DNA of 64,000 nt, from IMG/VR virus record IMGVR_UViG_2842447887_000002, positions 930-64,929 of that record; one strand, given 5' to 3'. The stretch is from a virus. Taxonomy: Duplodnaviria > Caudoviricetes. This document shows positions 54,718 to 63,376 of the stretch, piece by piece. The notes beneath the pieces were generated by a model. The model did not search any database, was not told the DNA's origin, and saw nothing but the letters and a program-made list of their open reading frames with translations. Position 1 is the first letter of the stretch, and each line of letters begins with the position of its first letter. A program made the translations under genes and the position numbers.

Positions 54718-55218
54718 ATGCCCGCGCCATCCAAGAAATTAAAGCTCCGCCCCGTCCTGGTGGATAATCCCTACTTCTCCCGCTCCCATCCGGCCGATGC
54801 GACGAACCCTCGCGAGGTCGTCGCAATGATAAACGTCCGGGAAAGTGCCATCACGACAATGGCGGCGAGAGGTGTTCTCGATGCTGCTCAGGTCGCCGCC
54901 GCGACTCGCTTTCGGGCCCTGTGGGAATCAATGGGCGGCAAGGGAGCCGGCGCTATTGATTACGGCAAGGAACATGTCGACGGCGGCAAGGCGCGCGACC
55001 CGATCACCGAGAGAGAGGTCAACGCGGGCAAGGAGCTGGCCCGATGTCGGGCTCTTCTAGGCGCTCGCTTATACGGACTGGTCTCCGCCGTCGCCGGCGA
55101 GGGGTTTGCGCTGACTGAAATTTTTGAAGGAAAACGGGAACGGCTCACAGCGGCGGATATGCTCCGGATGGGGCTGGACGATCTCGCTGAACTCTGGAGG
55201 CTAGCTACCGGCCGTTAA
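54718..55218 (+). CDS. DUF6456-like transcription activator/antiterminator
   Basis: ESAITTMAARGVLDAAQVAAATRFRALWE...LRMGLDDLAELW. Confidence 0.6.
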   Translation: MPAPSKKLKLRPVLVDNPYFSRSHPADATNPREVVAMINVRESAITTMAARGVLDAAQVAAATRFRALWESMGGKGAGAIDYGKEHVDGGKARDPITEREVNAGKELARCRALLGARLYGLVSAVAGEGFALTEIFEGKRERLTAADMLRMGLDDLAELWRLATGR

Positions 55219-55537
55219 TGCCCGCCTTGCCTCCCACCGGGGCCGACGGCGCGCTTCATCGATCAGGCCGGGGCAATATGCTCCGCACCTAACATCGCGC
55301 GCGTGCGGCCTTCTATTTGCCGCCGCCCAGGAGCTGTTCAAGTATAAGCGGGACGAAGGCGGTTTCACCGGATGGCTTGCGACCCAGTTGCCATTCATCC
55401 CGCAACGTTCGGCCTATCGGTACAACCTGAGACGGCAAAAATCACCATTAAATCCCAGGGTAGTTTCGGTGTCCTCGGTCTGATACGTTTGTGGATGTCT
55501 GCCTTACCAATCCAACAGCGCAACAGTGGAGATCGTC

Positions 55538-55966
55538 ATGACCGATAATTCTAAGACTCCTCCCGCAAAGAAGACAATCCAAGACCCGCCGGAATACGGC
55601 GCTGCCGCCGGCGAAAGCAAGTCTGGTAGGGGAAAGCCTCCCGAGCAGCCTAGCGGCGGGACCGAAGCAGCTCCTTCCGAGGCACCTCATGTTATCAGCG
55701 GCGGGATTGGTGGCGAGCAAGCCACTTATCAACAAAACGGGCAGAGCTATCAACAAAACGGGCAGAGCTATCAGCAAAACGGGCAGAGCGATCGTGGTCG
55801 TGTTCCCAACGACTGGGAGAGTGGTCCAACAGGCTCGGGGAAATCTGCGGCGCAGGGCGAAGGGGCAAGAAACCCCCAAACGGGCGAACGAATTGCAAGG
55901 AACCCTCAACGCTCACAACCCCCAGAAGTGGATCAGCAGGAAGGCGGCGGTCCGGACGTAGGTTGA
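55538..55966 (+). CDS. Hydrophilic low-complexity protein with YQQNGQS repeats
   Basis: GGAG RBS; Pro/Gly/Gln-rich. Confidence 0.5.
   Translation: MTDNSKTPPAKKTIQDPPEYGAAAGESKSGRGKPPEQPSGGTEAAPSEAPHVISGGIGGEQATYQQNGQSYQQNGQSYQQNGQSDRGRVPNDWESGPTGSGKSAAQGEGARNPQTGERIARNPQRSQPPEVDQQEGGGPDVG
55727..55789 (+). repeat. 21-bp tandem repeat x3
   Basis: TATCA(A/G)CAAAACGGGCAGAGC, three copies without spacers. Confidence 0.95.
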
Positions 55967-56274
55967 CCCCTCTCGCCAAACTCTGGCGGCTGGCTACCCG
56001 GCGCTGATGCACGTTTCGCCGGCCTGCGGAGCCCCACGGCGCGATTCGTGGGTGACGCCAGGGAAAGATAGCGGCGGGAGGAATCGGGTCATAGGGCCGC
56101 CCTCTTTGGCGAGGTTCTTGTGGGTATGCGATACCCCAGTGCCCTGTGTTGTTCGCCGCCCCTCTCAAGCCCGACCGCCGCAAGCGCACCAGATGGGTGG
56201 CCGAGTGGCACACTCTGGTTGAGAACCCGACTATTCTCCCGCCTACCGCTAGGCCAACGAGCGCCGGCAATGCT

Positions 56275-57552
56275 ATGACCGACAAGGCCAAAGCGGAGAG
56301 ATTCATGCGCTGTGTAGCGAATTATGAAATAACTTCCGGTGTCTCGGTGGTCACCGATGATCTTGTGCTGACCATCAAGGATCCGCGCGGATCTTTCGAG
56401 GCGCGCATCAAGAATATCGCGCGTTCAGAGTATACGACGCCCTTCTTGCTTTCCCTTCACCTCTACTTCGAAGCCTCCAGCTTGAACGAGGCCAGCGACG
56501 TTGCCGACGACCTACTGGCGAACTGCCTGAATATGCTGGCCTTTACTACGGGCTCCAGCTTTAGGAAGCACAGGATCCGGCAGATCGTGGATGCTGAACC
56601 TGCCCAGGGAGCGATGAGGGACGTCCACTTGTGGAGCGATGTCATTGAGCATGATGACCCGCAACCCTTCCTGCAGCCAGAGCATGCAGGCTCTATTGAG
56701 CGCTTGCTGGAGTTTGACGTTCCGCCAGCAATACGACGCGCGCTCCGCTGGTACAGGCTAGGGATTCATGCGGGCTCGCCGGATGACCAGTTTACCTACT
56801 TCTGGTTCGCCCTCGAGATCGTTGCCGAGTTTCAGAAGCCGACCGCGAAGGTTCATGACAAATGCCCTCACTGTCAGTCAGCTCTCTACTGCGAGAAATG
56901 CGAAAAGCACCCGGAGCATAGGCCCTATGCGAAACAGGCCATCCGGGCGTTGATGATGGCGGCAGATGCGGAGTGTGACGAAGCGACCGTGGACTTGCTC
57001 GACAAGACCCGGAACAGCCTTATGCATGGGGCAACGCTTCGGGAAATTGAAAGCGCGCTACCTGATCCACACGAAAGCGTAGTCGATATCTTGGGAAAAA
57101 TCCTGTTCAACGCCCTCGTCAGACAGTTCCCGAAGGAGGTTGTTAACGGCGCATACATGGGCCTCCCCTCGACTTATTTGCACTACAAAGTCAATGCGTA
57201 CGGCCATCTCCGGACCGTTGTCCCTTTGGATCAAGAGGGCCATTTTGATCTTGAATTCAAAGGGTTCAAGATGACGATGGTGCCGCCCGGGCCGCCGCAG
57301 AGCGCTCTGCCGTCACAGATCAGGATGACGCTCGAGCAGTATGACCGGCTACGTAAGCTCAGCTATTCACCCGGCGACCACCAAGAGATGGTCAATCGCA
57401 TCCGGGTCCAGGAGCACGACGGCTATGTCTACGGGCTTGTGCTGGCAACGGACACGGCACGAATCCGAGGGGCATTGGAAAAAAAAGAAGAAGGGATATG
57501 GCAGAATCTATTCCGTGAGATCTTGGACCCAGTTGGTCCAAAGGAAGTCTAA
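56275..57552 (+). CDS. ApeA/MauJ-like HEPN-domain protein with Zn ribbon, candidate defence effector
   Basis: ALRWYRLG...FWFALE, CPHC..CEKC, HEPN RxxxxH motif RNSLMH. Confidence 0.65.
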   Translation: MTDKAKAERFMRCVANYEITSGVSVVTDDLVLTIKDPRGSFEARIKNIARSEYTTPFLLSLHLYFEASSLNEASDVADDLLANCLNMLAFTTGSSFRKHRIRQIVDAEPAQGAMRDVHLWSDVIEHDDPQPFLQPEHAGSIERLLEFDVPPAIRRALRWYRLGIHAGSPDDQFTYFWFALEIVAEFQKPTAKVHDKCPHCQSALYCEKCEKHPEHRPYAKQAIRALMMAADAECDEATVDLLDKTRNSLMHGATLREIESALPDPHESVVDILGKILFNALVRQFPKEVVNGAYMGLPSTYLHYKVNAYGHLRTVVPLDQEGHFDLEFKGFKMTMVPPGPPQSALPSQIRMTLEQYDRLRKLSYSPGDHQEMVNRIRVQEHDGYVYGLVLATDTARIRGALEKKEEGIWQNLFREILDPVGPKEV

Positions 57553-57707
57553 TACATAACATTCGCTCACGGGCGGGGTTTTGGCGGGCTGTTGCCCCGC
57601 CTCGCCGCCAACGGGCGCTTCGGGCGTATAGCCGCACGAGACTGAGAAGTGACGCTACGTTTACGGTTCCCATGCGAAAGTTGAGCGTGTTAATTGGGGG
57701 AACTGCG

Positions 57708-58253
57708 ATGGCAACACAATTCCAGTCGGCTGCTCGGCGCAGCTATTGGTTCAGCATCCTTTTCAGCAGCCTTGTCGATTTCGTAGTCGCATTCGTTATC
57801 GCGCTGTTCTTCGATAATACGGCCGGCCAAGCTTTTATCGTGGCGCTGATCGCAATCGCGGTGTTGTACATTTTCCAGCTGCTCTACGCGCTGCTAGGCG
57901 TAATCAAGGTTGCGATCTTGTTCTACTGGTTCGACAAGAAGAAGCGGGTCCAAGCGACGGTGGATGAGATGATCGCGCGGAGGATGCCGAAGCCGGTGCG
58001 CTTCTATGCCGACGCCAGCGAGTATCTGCTGAGTGTTGTTAAATCGGACACAGCTAACAATGACGCGAAGCTATATGCCGGCGCAGCGCTTGGCAGCATC
58101 GACACCTTACGGGCCACCAACCATAGCTATCAGCTGATCAATCTGGGTTTGGTTTTGGAGGAGGCGATCAAGGAATATGGACGCCTTGTTGGTTTCGTCT
58201 GGGAGGATGGTTCGGATATCGCGCCTGAAGACTTGGCTGAAATCGAACGTTAA
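57708..58253 (+). CDS. Membrane protein with a soluble C-terminal domain
   Basis: Long hydrophobic N-terminal helices. Confidence 0.7.
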   Translation: MATQFQSAARRSYWFSILFSSLVDFVVAFVIALFFDNTAGQAFIVALIAIAVLYIFQLLYALLGVIKVAILFYWFDKKKRVQATVDEMIARRMPKPVRFYADASEYLLSVVKSDTANNDAKLYAGAALGSIDTLRATNHSYQLINLGLVLEEAIKEYGRLVGFVWEDGSDIAPEDLAEIER

Positions 58254-58265
58254 ACGCAAGTTCTG

Positions 58266-58580
58266 TCAGCCGCATGGCGGCGGGGCATAACGGGACCACC
58301 CGAATCGGCATCTAAGCAAGTAGATGATCGCCCGCAACGCAATATCGTCATCGCCAGCGGCAAGGCGGAGGAGGTGGCCGATCAGCGCGGCTTCGAGCTT
58401 CACGGCACCGACGTTCAACTCCCGTCGATAGTATCGCCTCAACGTTTTCTCAGAGACACCCAAAACCCCGCAAATCTGCGCCTGGGATACGGCCTCTCCA
58501 GCGAGGATCTCGACAAGACGCCGGTGCGTTGCAGTCGGTTGATGCGCGGGTCGTCCGCCGGTGCTTTTTGGCGCTTCCAT
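58266..58580 (-). CDS. Terminase small subunit-like HTH protein
   Basis: GGRPAHQPT...VSQAQICGVLGVSEKTLRRYYRREL...AIIYLLRCRFGW. Confidence 0.7.
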   Translation of the reverse strand: MEAPKSTGGRPAHQPTATHRRLVEILAGEAVSQAQICGVLGVSEKTLRRYYRRELNVGAVKLEAALIGHLLRLAAGDDDIALRAIIYLLRCRFGWSRYAPPPCG

Positions 58581-58619
58581 GATAGGCGGGAAAAACCCTT
58601 GCGTGGACGATATTCTGCC

Positions 58620-58700
58620 CGCGAGAAAAAATCTGCGGATGGGGGGGCACGCGGGTTCTTTTGCCGGCCGGCAGTTTGGCTTGGCCCATCCCCCCCGGCT
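58620..58700 (-). other. HK97-type cos-like region of the island
   Basis: Minus strand GGGGGGGATGGG...AAAAGAACCCGCGTGCCCCCCC...TTTTTT directly upstream of terS. Confidence 0.45.
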
Positions 58701-58766
58701 AGGCGGTTAGCCTATGATGTTCGGCTCCGAAATGCGAAGCACGTTTCGTATTTGCCTGCCGCAGGC

Positions 58767-59000
58767 TCATTGCAGCTTTCCGGTCGGCGCGTCCCAATCC
58801 AACAGTCCACGGCCGATCTCGGCAATAATTTCGGCCTTCCACTTGATCGCTTCTTCCCGGCTGATAGCGACGTGAGCGGCGATCTCGTCCTCGGTCGCAC
58901 CCTTGTCGGCCAGGAGCATTTCGTCGTGCGAGATCGCTTCCTCGATCTGCCGGTCGAGCGAAGCAGCAGTCCGTGCCATGGCTTCTTCGAAGGATATCAT
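58767..59000 (-). CDS. Hypothetical protein
   Basis: ATGA-coupled ORF. Confidence 0.55.
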   Translation of the reverse strand: MISFEEAMARTAASLDRQIEEAISHDEMLLADKGATEDEIAAHVAISREEAIKWKAEIIAEIGRGLLDWDAPTGKLQ

Positions 59001-59341
59001 TCCTGCCTCTCTGTCTTCACGGGCACGGCCGGCCGGGCTGCCTTGGCTGAAAGCTGCCATGCGTCGAGCGCCTTCCCAGGCTGCTCGCCTTCGGCTGTAT
59101 CGCGCAACGCCGTCCACATGCTGCTAGACGCCGTGACCACATCGCCCCGGCGATAGCTGAGGGCCTTTTGATAGACCCCACAATATCGGACGCCATGGCT
59201 TTCCATCGCGTCGAGGCGCGCCTGGTGTTCAAGCAGAACGGACTTCAGCGCGTCGAGTAATTGGTAAGCCTCGCCTCGGCTCATCGGCTTCGTGAGCGCG
59301 GCGGCCCCGAATTGCTTCGTCATTTCGTCGATCAAAGACAT
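58997..59341 (-). CDS. Head-associated protein with a chitin-binding-like motif
   Basis: YQKALSYRRGDVVT.SSSMWTA motif; follows the capsid gene. Confidence 0.55.
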   Translation of the reverse strand: MSLIDEMTKQFGAAALTKPMSRGEAYQLLDALKSVLLEHQARLDAMESHGVRYCGVYQKALSYRRGDVVTASSSMWTALRDTAEGEQPGKALDAWQLSAKAARPAVPVKTERQE

Positions 59342-59354
59342 AACGGTCCTCCGA

Positions 59355-60380
59355 TCAACCCGACGCCAACGCCGGCCACTCGATGCCCGAGAGGATTGCC
59401 AGCGCGTCGCTGGTGCCGGCGACGACCCCGAACAGGGCGCTGATCTTGATGGCCACCGAGTTGGTTTGCCAGAGCGAGACAACGGGCGTTGCCGTCGGCG
59501 CGCTCGCGTTCATGGTCGGCTCGTCGTTCATCTGCAGCGTCGCGAAGCGCGAGATATCTACCCCGAGGCTTTCAATGTCGGCGAGGATGCGGTCACCGTC
59601 GAGAAGAATGAGCGTGCCGGCAGCGAGGCCGGCCGAGACGGCCAGGGGCAGACCCAAAAACTCACTTACGCCTTCCGGGCTCGCCGTGCCGCGACCGTCG
59701 TTGAGCAAGGCAATCGAATTTCCGACATCGGGCGCGGCGATCCAGCAGAGCCTGCCTTCGCCGGTATTCACTTGATCCAACAGCTGCTTCAGGTCAGCGG
59801 CGTGATTGTCGGTCGCAGCAAACGTCGGCGTGCTGCTGGTCACCAGTCGGTCGAAGAAGCCGACATCAAGGGCCTTAGCGACGGCCCGTCGGAGCTGCCG
59901 GGACACGAACGCCTGAGAGGCGGCCGACGAGTTCTCGACGACCTCCCTGGACAAGACGATGATTGCGTCGGCCTGCTGCGGCAGCAACGCATCGCCGTTG
60001 AGCGACATGCGCCCGACAGGGCGGGCTTCTCCTTCTCCGGTAACGGCACCGATGACGCCCTCGGAGACCGCGCCGACCCTGGAACGCAGCGGCGCACGAC
60101 TGATTACGCCCTGGTCCAACAACGCCGCAAACGCGCTCCGACCGCCTAAGCCCTGCAAGAAAGCGCTGCTCGCTGCGGCCAAATCGGCCAGCCCACCGGC
60201 CCATTGCGGATCAGCAAGCGATCCAGCGGCTGTTGCCGCTTTCAAAATTCGTTGCGCTGGTGCCGGCAAGCGCAGTCGGTCAGCAATGTCGGCGGTCGTC
60301 TCGCCGGTCTTCTCGGCGATGACGAGGGCTCGAACGATGCTTTGGATGGTGCCGGCGAATTCGGCGTGCGGGTTCTGCAT
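59355..60380 (-). CDS. HK97-fold major capsid-like protein
   Basis: VTGEGEARPV, IIVLSREVV, LRRAVAKALDVGFFD, FLGLP, SLWQTNSVAIK. Confidence 0.8.
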   Translation of the reverse strand: MQNPHAEFAGTIQSIVRALVIAEKTGETTADIADRLRLPAPAQRILKAATAAGSLADPQWAGGLADLAAASSAFLQGLGGRSAFAALLDQGVISRAPLRSRVGAVSEGVIGAVTGEGEARPVGRMSLNGDALLPQQADAIIVLSREVVENSSAASQAFVSRQLRRAVAKALDVGFFDRLVTSSTPTFAATDNHAADLKQLLDQVNTGEGRLCWIAAPDVGNSIALLNDGRGTASPEGVSEFLGLPLAVSAGLAAGTLILLDGDRILADIESLGVDISRFATLQMNDEPTMNASAPTATPVVSLWQTNSVAIKISALFGVVAGTSDALAILSGIEWPALASG

Positions 60381-60419
60381 GATGATCGAACTCCCTTGAC
60401 GTTTAGTTCAAGGTGCAGA

Positions 60420-60460
60420 TCGAAACGCGCATCACCAACCCCTCGAAACGCTCGAAACGC
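60420..60460. repeat. TCGAAACGC x3 upstream of the island capsid gene
   Basis: Copies at 60420, 60443 and 60452. Confidence 0.7.
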
Positions 60461-60592
60461 GCACGCAGCGCAGATGCCATTTCTGCCGATGATAAGATTA
60501 GAGATGTAGCGCACACGCTATGTTTGCCAGCGACCTTTACCGCCGCCGTCAATGACGGCCGGATTAATTCGAAAATGGAACGCAGAGACGCG

Positions 60593-60919
60593 CTAGCGCT
60601 TACCGAGATGCCGTCGAATTCGTGGGATCGAGACCATCCAACGACCGCCTTGCAGAACACCGATACCGTAGTCCCGGCACCATCGCCGCAGCTTGTCTTT
60701 CGCAATTCCGAAGCGGTGCGCCACGATCGGGAGCTCAACCATATTAGCCTCGGCGAAATCGTCGGCGGCTTCCAATTCCGGCTCCGCCGGTTCCGCATCC
60801 ATCAAGCCTAGATCGAGCACCTGATCGAGCTTGCCCTCGATCCGGGCCAACATCTGTTTGAGAACGGCGATGTCTTCGGCGGTCATGGTCGATTTGATCA
60901 GTTCAACGTCTTCCGCCAT
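60593..60919 (-). CDS. HTH protein
   Basis: VAHRFGIAKDKLRRWCRDYGIG...GGRWMV. Confidence 0.65.
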   Translation of the reverse strand: MAEDVELIKSTMTAEDIAVLKQMLARIEGKLDQVLDLGLMDAEPAEPELEAADDFAEANMVELPIVAHRFGIAKDKLRRWCRDYGIGVLQGGRWMVSIPRIRRHLGKR

Positions 60920-61227
60920 GTCTGCGAGGTGTCGTCCGCTTCAATCTGAAACATCAGGGTTGCCGCGCCGTTGGTGACAAGCAACGGGAAACAACCACGT
61001 GTGCAGCTAAAGTCGACATCCGGGCAGCCGCTACGTTCGAAGTGATCGAACAGGGTCTCTTTCGGAACGGCATACAGGGAACAACCATTTTCAGAAATCA
61101 TCGCGGTGGCAACCGCATCTGGTCCGACTTGCTTTGCTTTCGATAAGATGGCGTCAACATCGCTATCCGCCAGCCGGCAAAGGTGATCGATGATTTCGGC
61201 TGCCATGTGCTCATGTGATTTATTCAT
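60898..61227 (-). CDS. Hypothetical protein
   Basis: GGAGG RBS. Confidence 0.6.
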   Translation of the reverse strand: MNKSHEHMAAEIIDHLCRLADSDVDAILSKAKQVGPDAVATAMISENGCSLYAVPKETLFDHFERSGCPDVDFSCTRGCFPLLVTNGAATLMFQIEADDTSQTWRKTLN

Positions 61228-61289
61228 TCTCGTTCCTCCTTCTCGCCCGGATCATCGGCTCCGGCATTGCCGCTCCTACGTTATTGAAC

Positions 61290-61428
61290 CCCGCCCGCGA
61301 GGCGGGGGATATTACGTAGTAATAGGGTGCCGCGCACCGCACGGCATTTCGTTAGTAAAAACAGCACGTTAGGGGGGAGTGCCGCGCATGCCGCAGGAGT
61401 CCCGCGCCACCCACGAAAAATCAATGAT
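61290..61428. other. Putative island replication origin downstream of the helicase
   Basis: GTGCCGCGCA at 61327 and 61379; hairpin CCCCGCC/GGCGGGG; inverted repeat ATTAC-GTA-GTAAT. Confidence 0.4.
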
Positions 61429-62580
61429 TTAGCTATGTGCGCCATCACCGCCTCCGGTCCGTTTCAACAGCCTTTTTTCGCGGGTCGTCCCCTTCGCAGT
61501 TATGACAACCTCGATTGTTCCTTTATCGATCAGGCTCTTCATTGCGTCTTCAAGGGCGCGCTTGGGCAGCCCTTCGCGCGCGTCTTTGAAAAAGAGGTTG
61601 GGCGCATAGGTGCCGGGGCTATTCGGGTTGGCCGAAACGTCGATTTGGCGCTTTTCGAAAACCCCCATCAGTTTCAGAAAAACGCGCTCGCTCTTGCTCT
61701 GCTGCCCGATATCGGCGTCGGGTCGGGGCGGCAGGTCGGTGCAACGGTACACGCCGCAATCCCATTTCAAATTCACGTGCCGTCCGGTTGGGCTGTAGTT
61801 GGATTTCTGCGAGACCAGCACGCGCCGGCCATCATCGATACCGCCGCCGTTGCCTTCATCATCGGCGTCGTCCGGGCGGCGCAAATAGACCGTGGCGCGC
61901 CCGGTATTCGTCCATGCCGTCGAGCCGGATGAACCGCTTTTGTTGGCCATGCCGCCTAGCGACGGATGGGTCAAAATCACGATCGCGCTGTCATAGAGCT
62001 TGCCGAGATGGCCGAAGATATTCGAGGCGCGGGTCGCGAGGGAGCGGTCAATCTCATCGCAAATAATGGCCTGCGCCCGGTTGTCGATAATCACGAGCGC
62101 AGGGCGGATTTGAGCGATCTGCTCTTCAAGCGCGTCGAAGATTGGCGTTTTCACAAGCCGGTGCCGCTGCGGGCTAACGAGCAGCGCTTTATCCAGCCGC
62201 GCCGACATGTCGAAAATCCGCAAATCGCGAAGCTCCCGAAGGTCATATGCCTCGGCGGCGGCGGCGGCTTCCAGGCGGCGCTGGCATTCAAATTCGTCGT
62301 CTTCGCAGGAAATGAACAGCACCGGGCCGCGAACGCCAACCGGTGCGCCGAGCCAATGGGATTGCACGCAGGATTCGACCGGTCGGGCGACCGCTGCGGC
62401 CAGTTGCAGCGCAACCGTGGTTTTGCCGCCGCCGCCGGGGCCGCTGAGGTAGGAAAGCTCGCCAGCGGGGAAAAAATTGAAGCCGTCGACAAATCTCCGG
62501 GCTGGAATTTCCCGGCCGGCGAAGGACGAGGCGCGGATGCCTTCGAGATACGCGACTTTACCGGGGGGGCCGCCGTCCAT
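61429..62580 (-). CDS. AAA_25/RepA-type replicative helicase with C-terminal winged helix
   Basis: GPGGGGKT, LFISCED, LVIIDN, ILTHPS, SGSTAW, KSNYS. Confidence 0.88.
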   Translation of the reverse strand: MDGGPPGKVAYLEGIRASSFAGREIPARRFVDGFNFFPAGELSYLSGPGGGGKTTVALQLAAAVARPVESCVQSHWLGAPVGVRGPVLFISCEDDEFECQRRLEAAAAAEAYDLRELRDLRIFDMSARLDKALLVSPQRHRLVKTPIFDALEEQIAQIRPALVIIDNRAQAIICDEIDRSLATRASNIFGHLGKLYDSAIVILTHPSLGGMANKSGSSGSTAWTNTGRATVYLRRPDDADDEGNGGGIDDGRRVLVSQKSNYSPTGRHVNLKWDCGVYRCTDLPPRPDADIGQQSKSERVFLKLMGVFEKRQIDVSANPNSPGTYAPNLFFKDAREGLPKRALEDAMKSLIDKGTIEVVITAKGTTREKRLLKRTGGGDGAHS

Positions 62581-62951
62581 TAGCGCCAGCCTCCGCGCTC
62601 GCCGGGATAGGGAATTGCCCGCCGGTATCGGCGATAATCCTCAAAAAGCCGGGTCCACTGTTTTTCGATTTCGGCAACGAGCGGATCGATTGGCGTCTGC
62701 GGTTCGAGCGTTGCCAATAGCCGGCGTCGGGATTCCACTTCCCTTGCGAAATCGGCGCGGGACGAGCGGATGTGCGCGAGCAGCCATTTGTGGCGACGGA
62801 CACGGTCCAGTCGATGTTGTAGTATCCGGCCGCTGGGGTTCAAACTGTAATGAGTTTCATCCATGACGGGGTCACCTCGATGGGGACCGCCGCGATCCTT
62901 GCGCGTGAAGCTGAACCGGATTATTTTCAGAGCGTTCCAACAGCCCTTCAA
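62580..62951 (-). CDS. Hypothetical protein
   Basis: Coupled to the helicase; start uncertain. Confidence 0.5.
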   Translation of the reverse strand: MKGCWNALKIIRFSFTRKDRGGPHRGDPVMDETHYSLNPSGRILQHRLDRVRRHKWLLAHIRSSRADFAREVESRRRLLATLEPQTPIDPLVAEIEKQWTRLFEDYRRYRRAIPYPGERGGWR

Positions 62952-62988
62952 TCCTTCCGAGCCGCCGCGCTGAAGACGCGACGGTTCG

Positions 62989-63234
62989 TTAGGACGACTG
63001 CTCGCCTGCTAGATGCCCGCGTAGGGTAGCTTTTGAGCCGACCCAAATCTCGCCGATCTTCCGCGCCGGCACCTGCCGCTTCTCTAACTGGTAATACGTC
63101 TGACGTTGAGTGCGTCCGATATACCGGGAGATAGCGGCTACCCCCCAAAGTAAATCGTCCCGGAGGTCTGTGTCGTCGTCCATCGCCTGCACTTTGGTGT
63201 CGTCGTCTATCACCTGCGCTTTATCCATTCCCAC
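62989..63234 (-). CDS. Excisionase/AlpA-like DNA-binding protein
   Basis: DLLWGVAAISRYIGRTQRQTYY...VPARKIGEIWVGSK. Confidence 0.75.
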   Translation of the reverse strand: MGMDKAQVIDDDTKVQAMDDDTDLRDDLLWGVAAISRYIGRTQRQTYYQLEKRQVPARKIGEIWVGSKATLRGHLAGEQSS

Positions 63235-63376
63235 CGGCTGGCCTCCGATAGAGTTTCACTGTGTCCGTTACTTTCGGCGGTAATCGTAACGTCGGAAAGC
63301 GGATTGCAACAAGTGAAAATGACGGTTATCTTGGCATCATTCCGAACTTATAGAAAAATACGTAACAGGAGGTGTC

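Noticed and set aside
55727-55789. Possible CRISPR array
   Set aside because: Contiguous 21-bp repeats with no spacers, in frame inside an ORF; no cas genes in the window
58620-58700. Satellite sharing the neighbouring prophage's cos
   Set aside because: No GGGTCCT cosQ or matching 12-mer; the motif style differs
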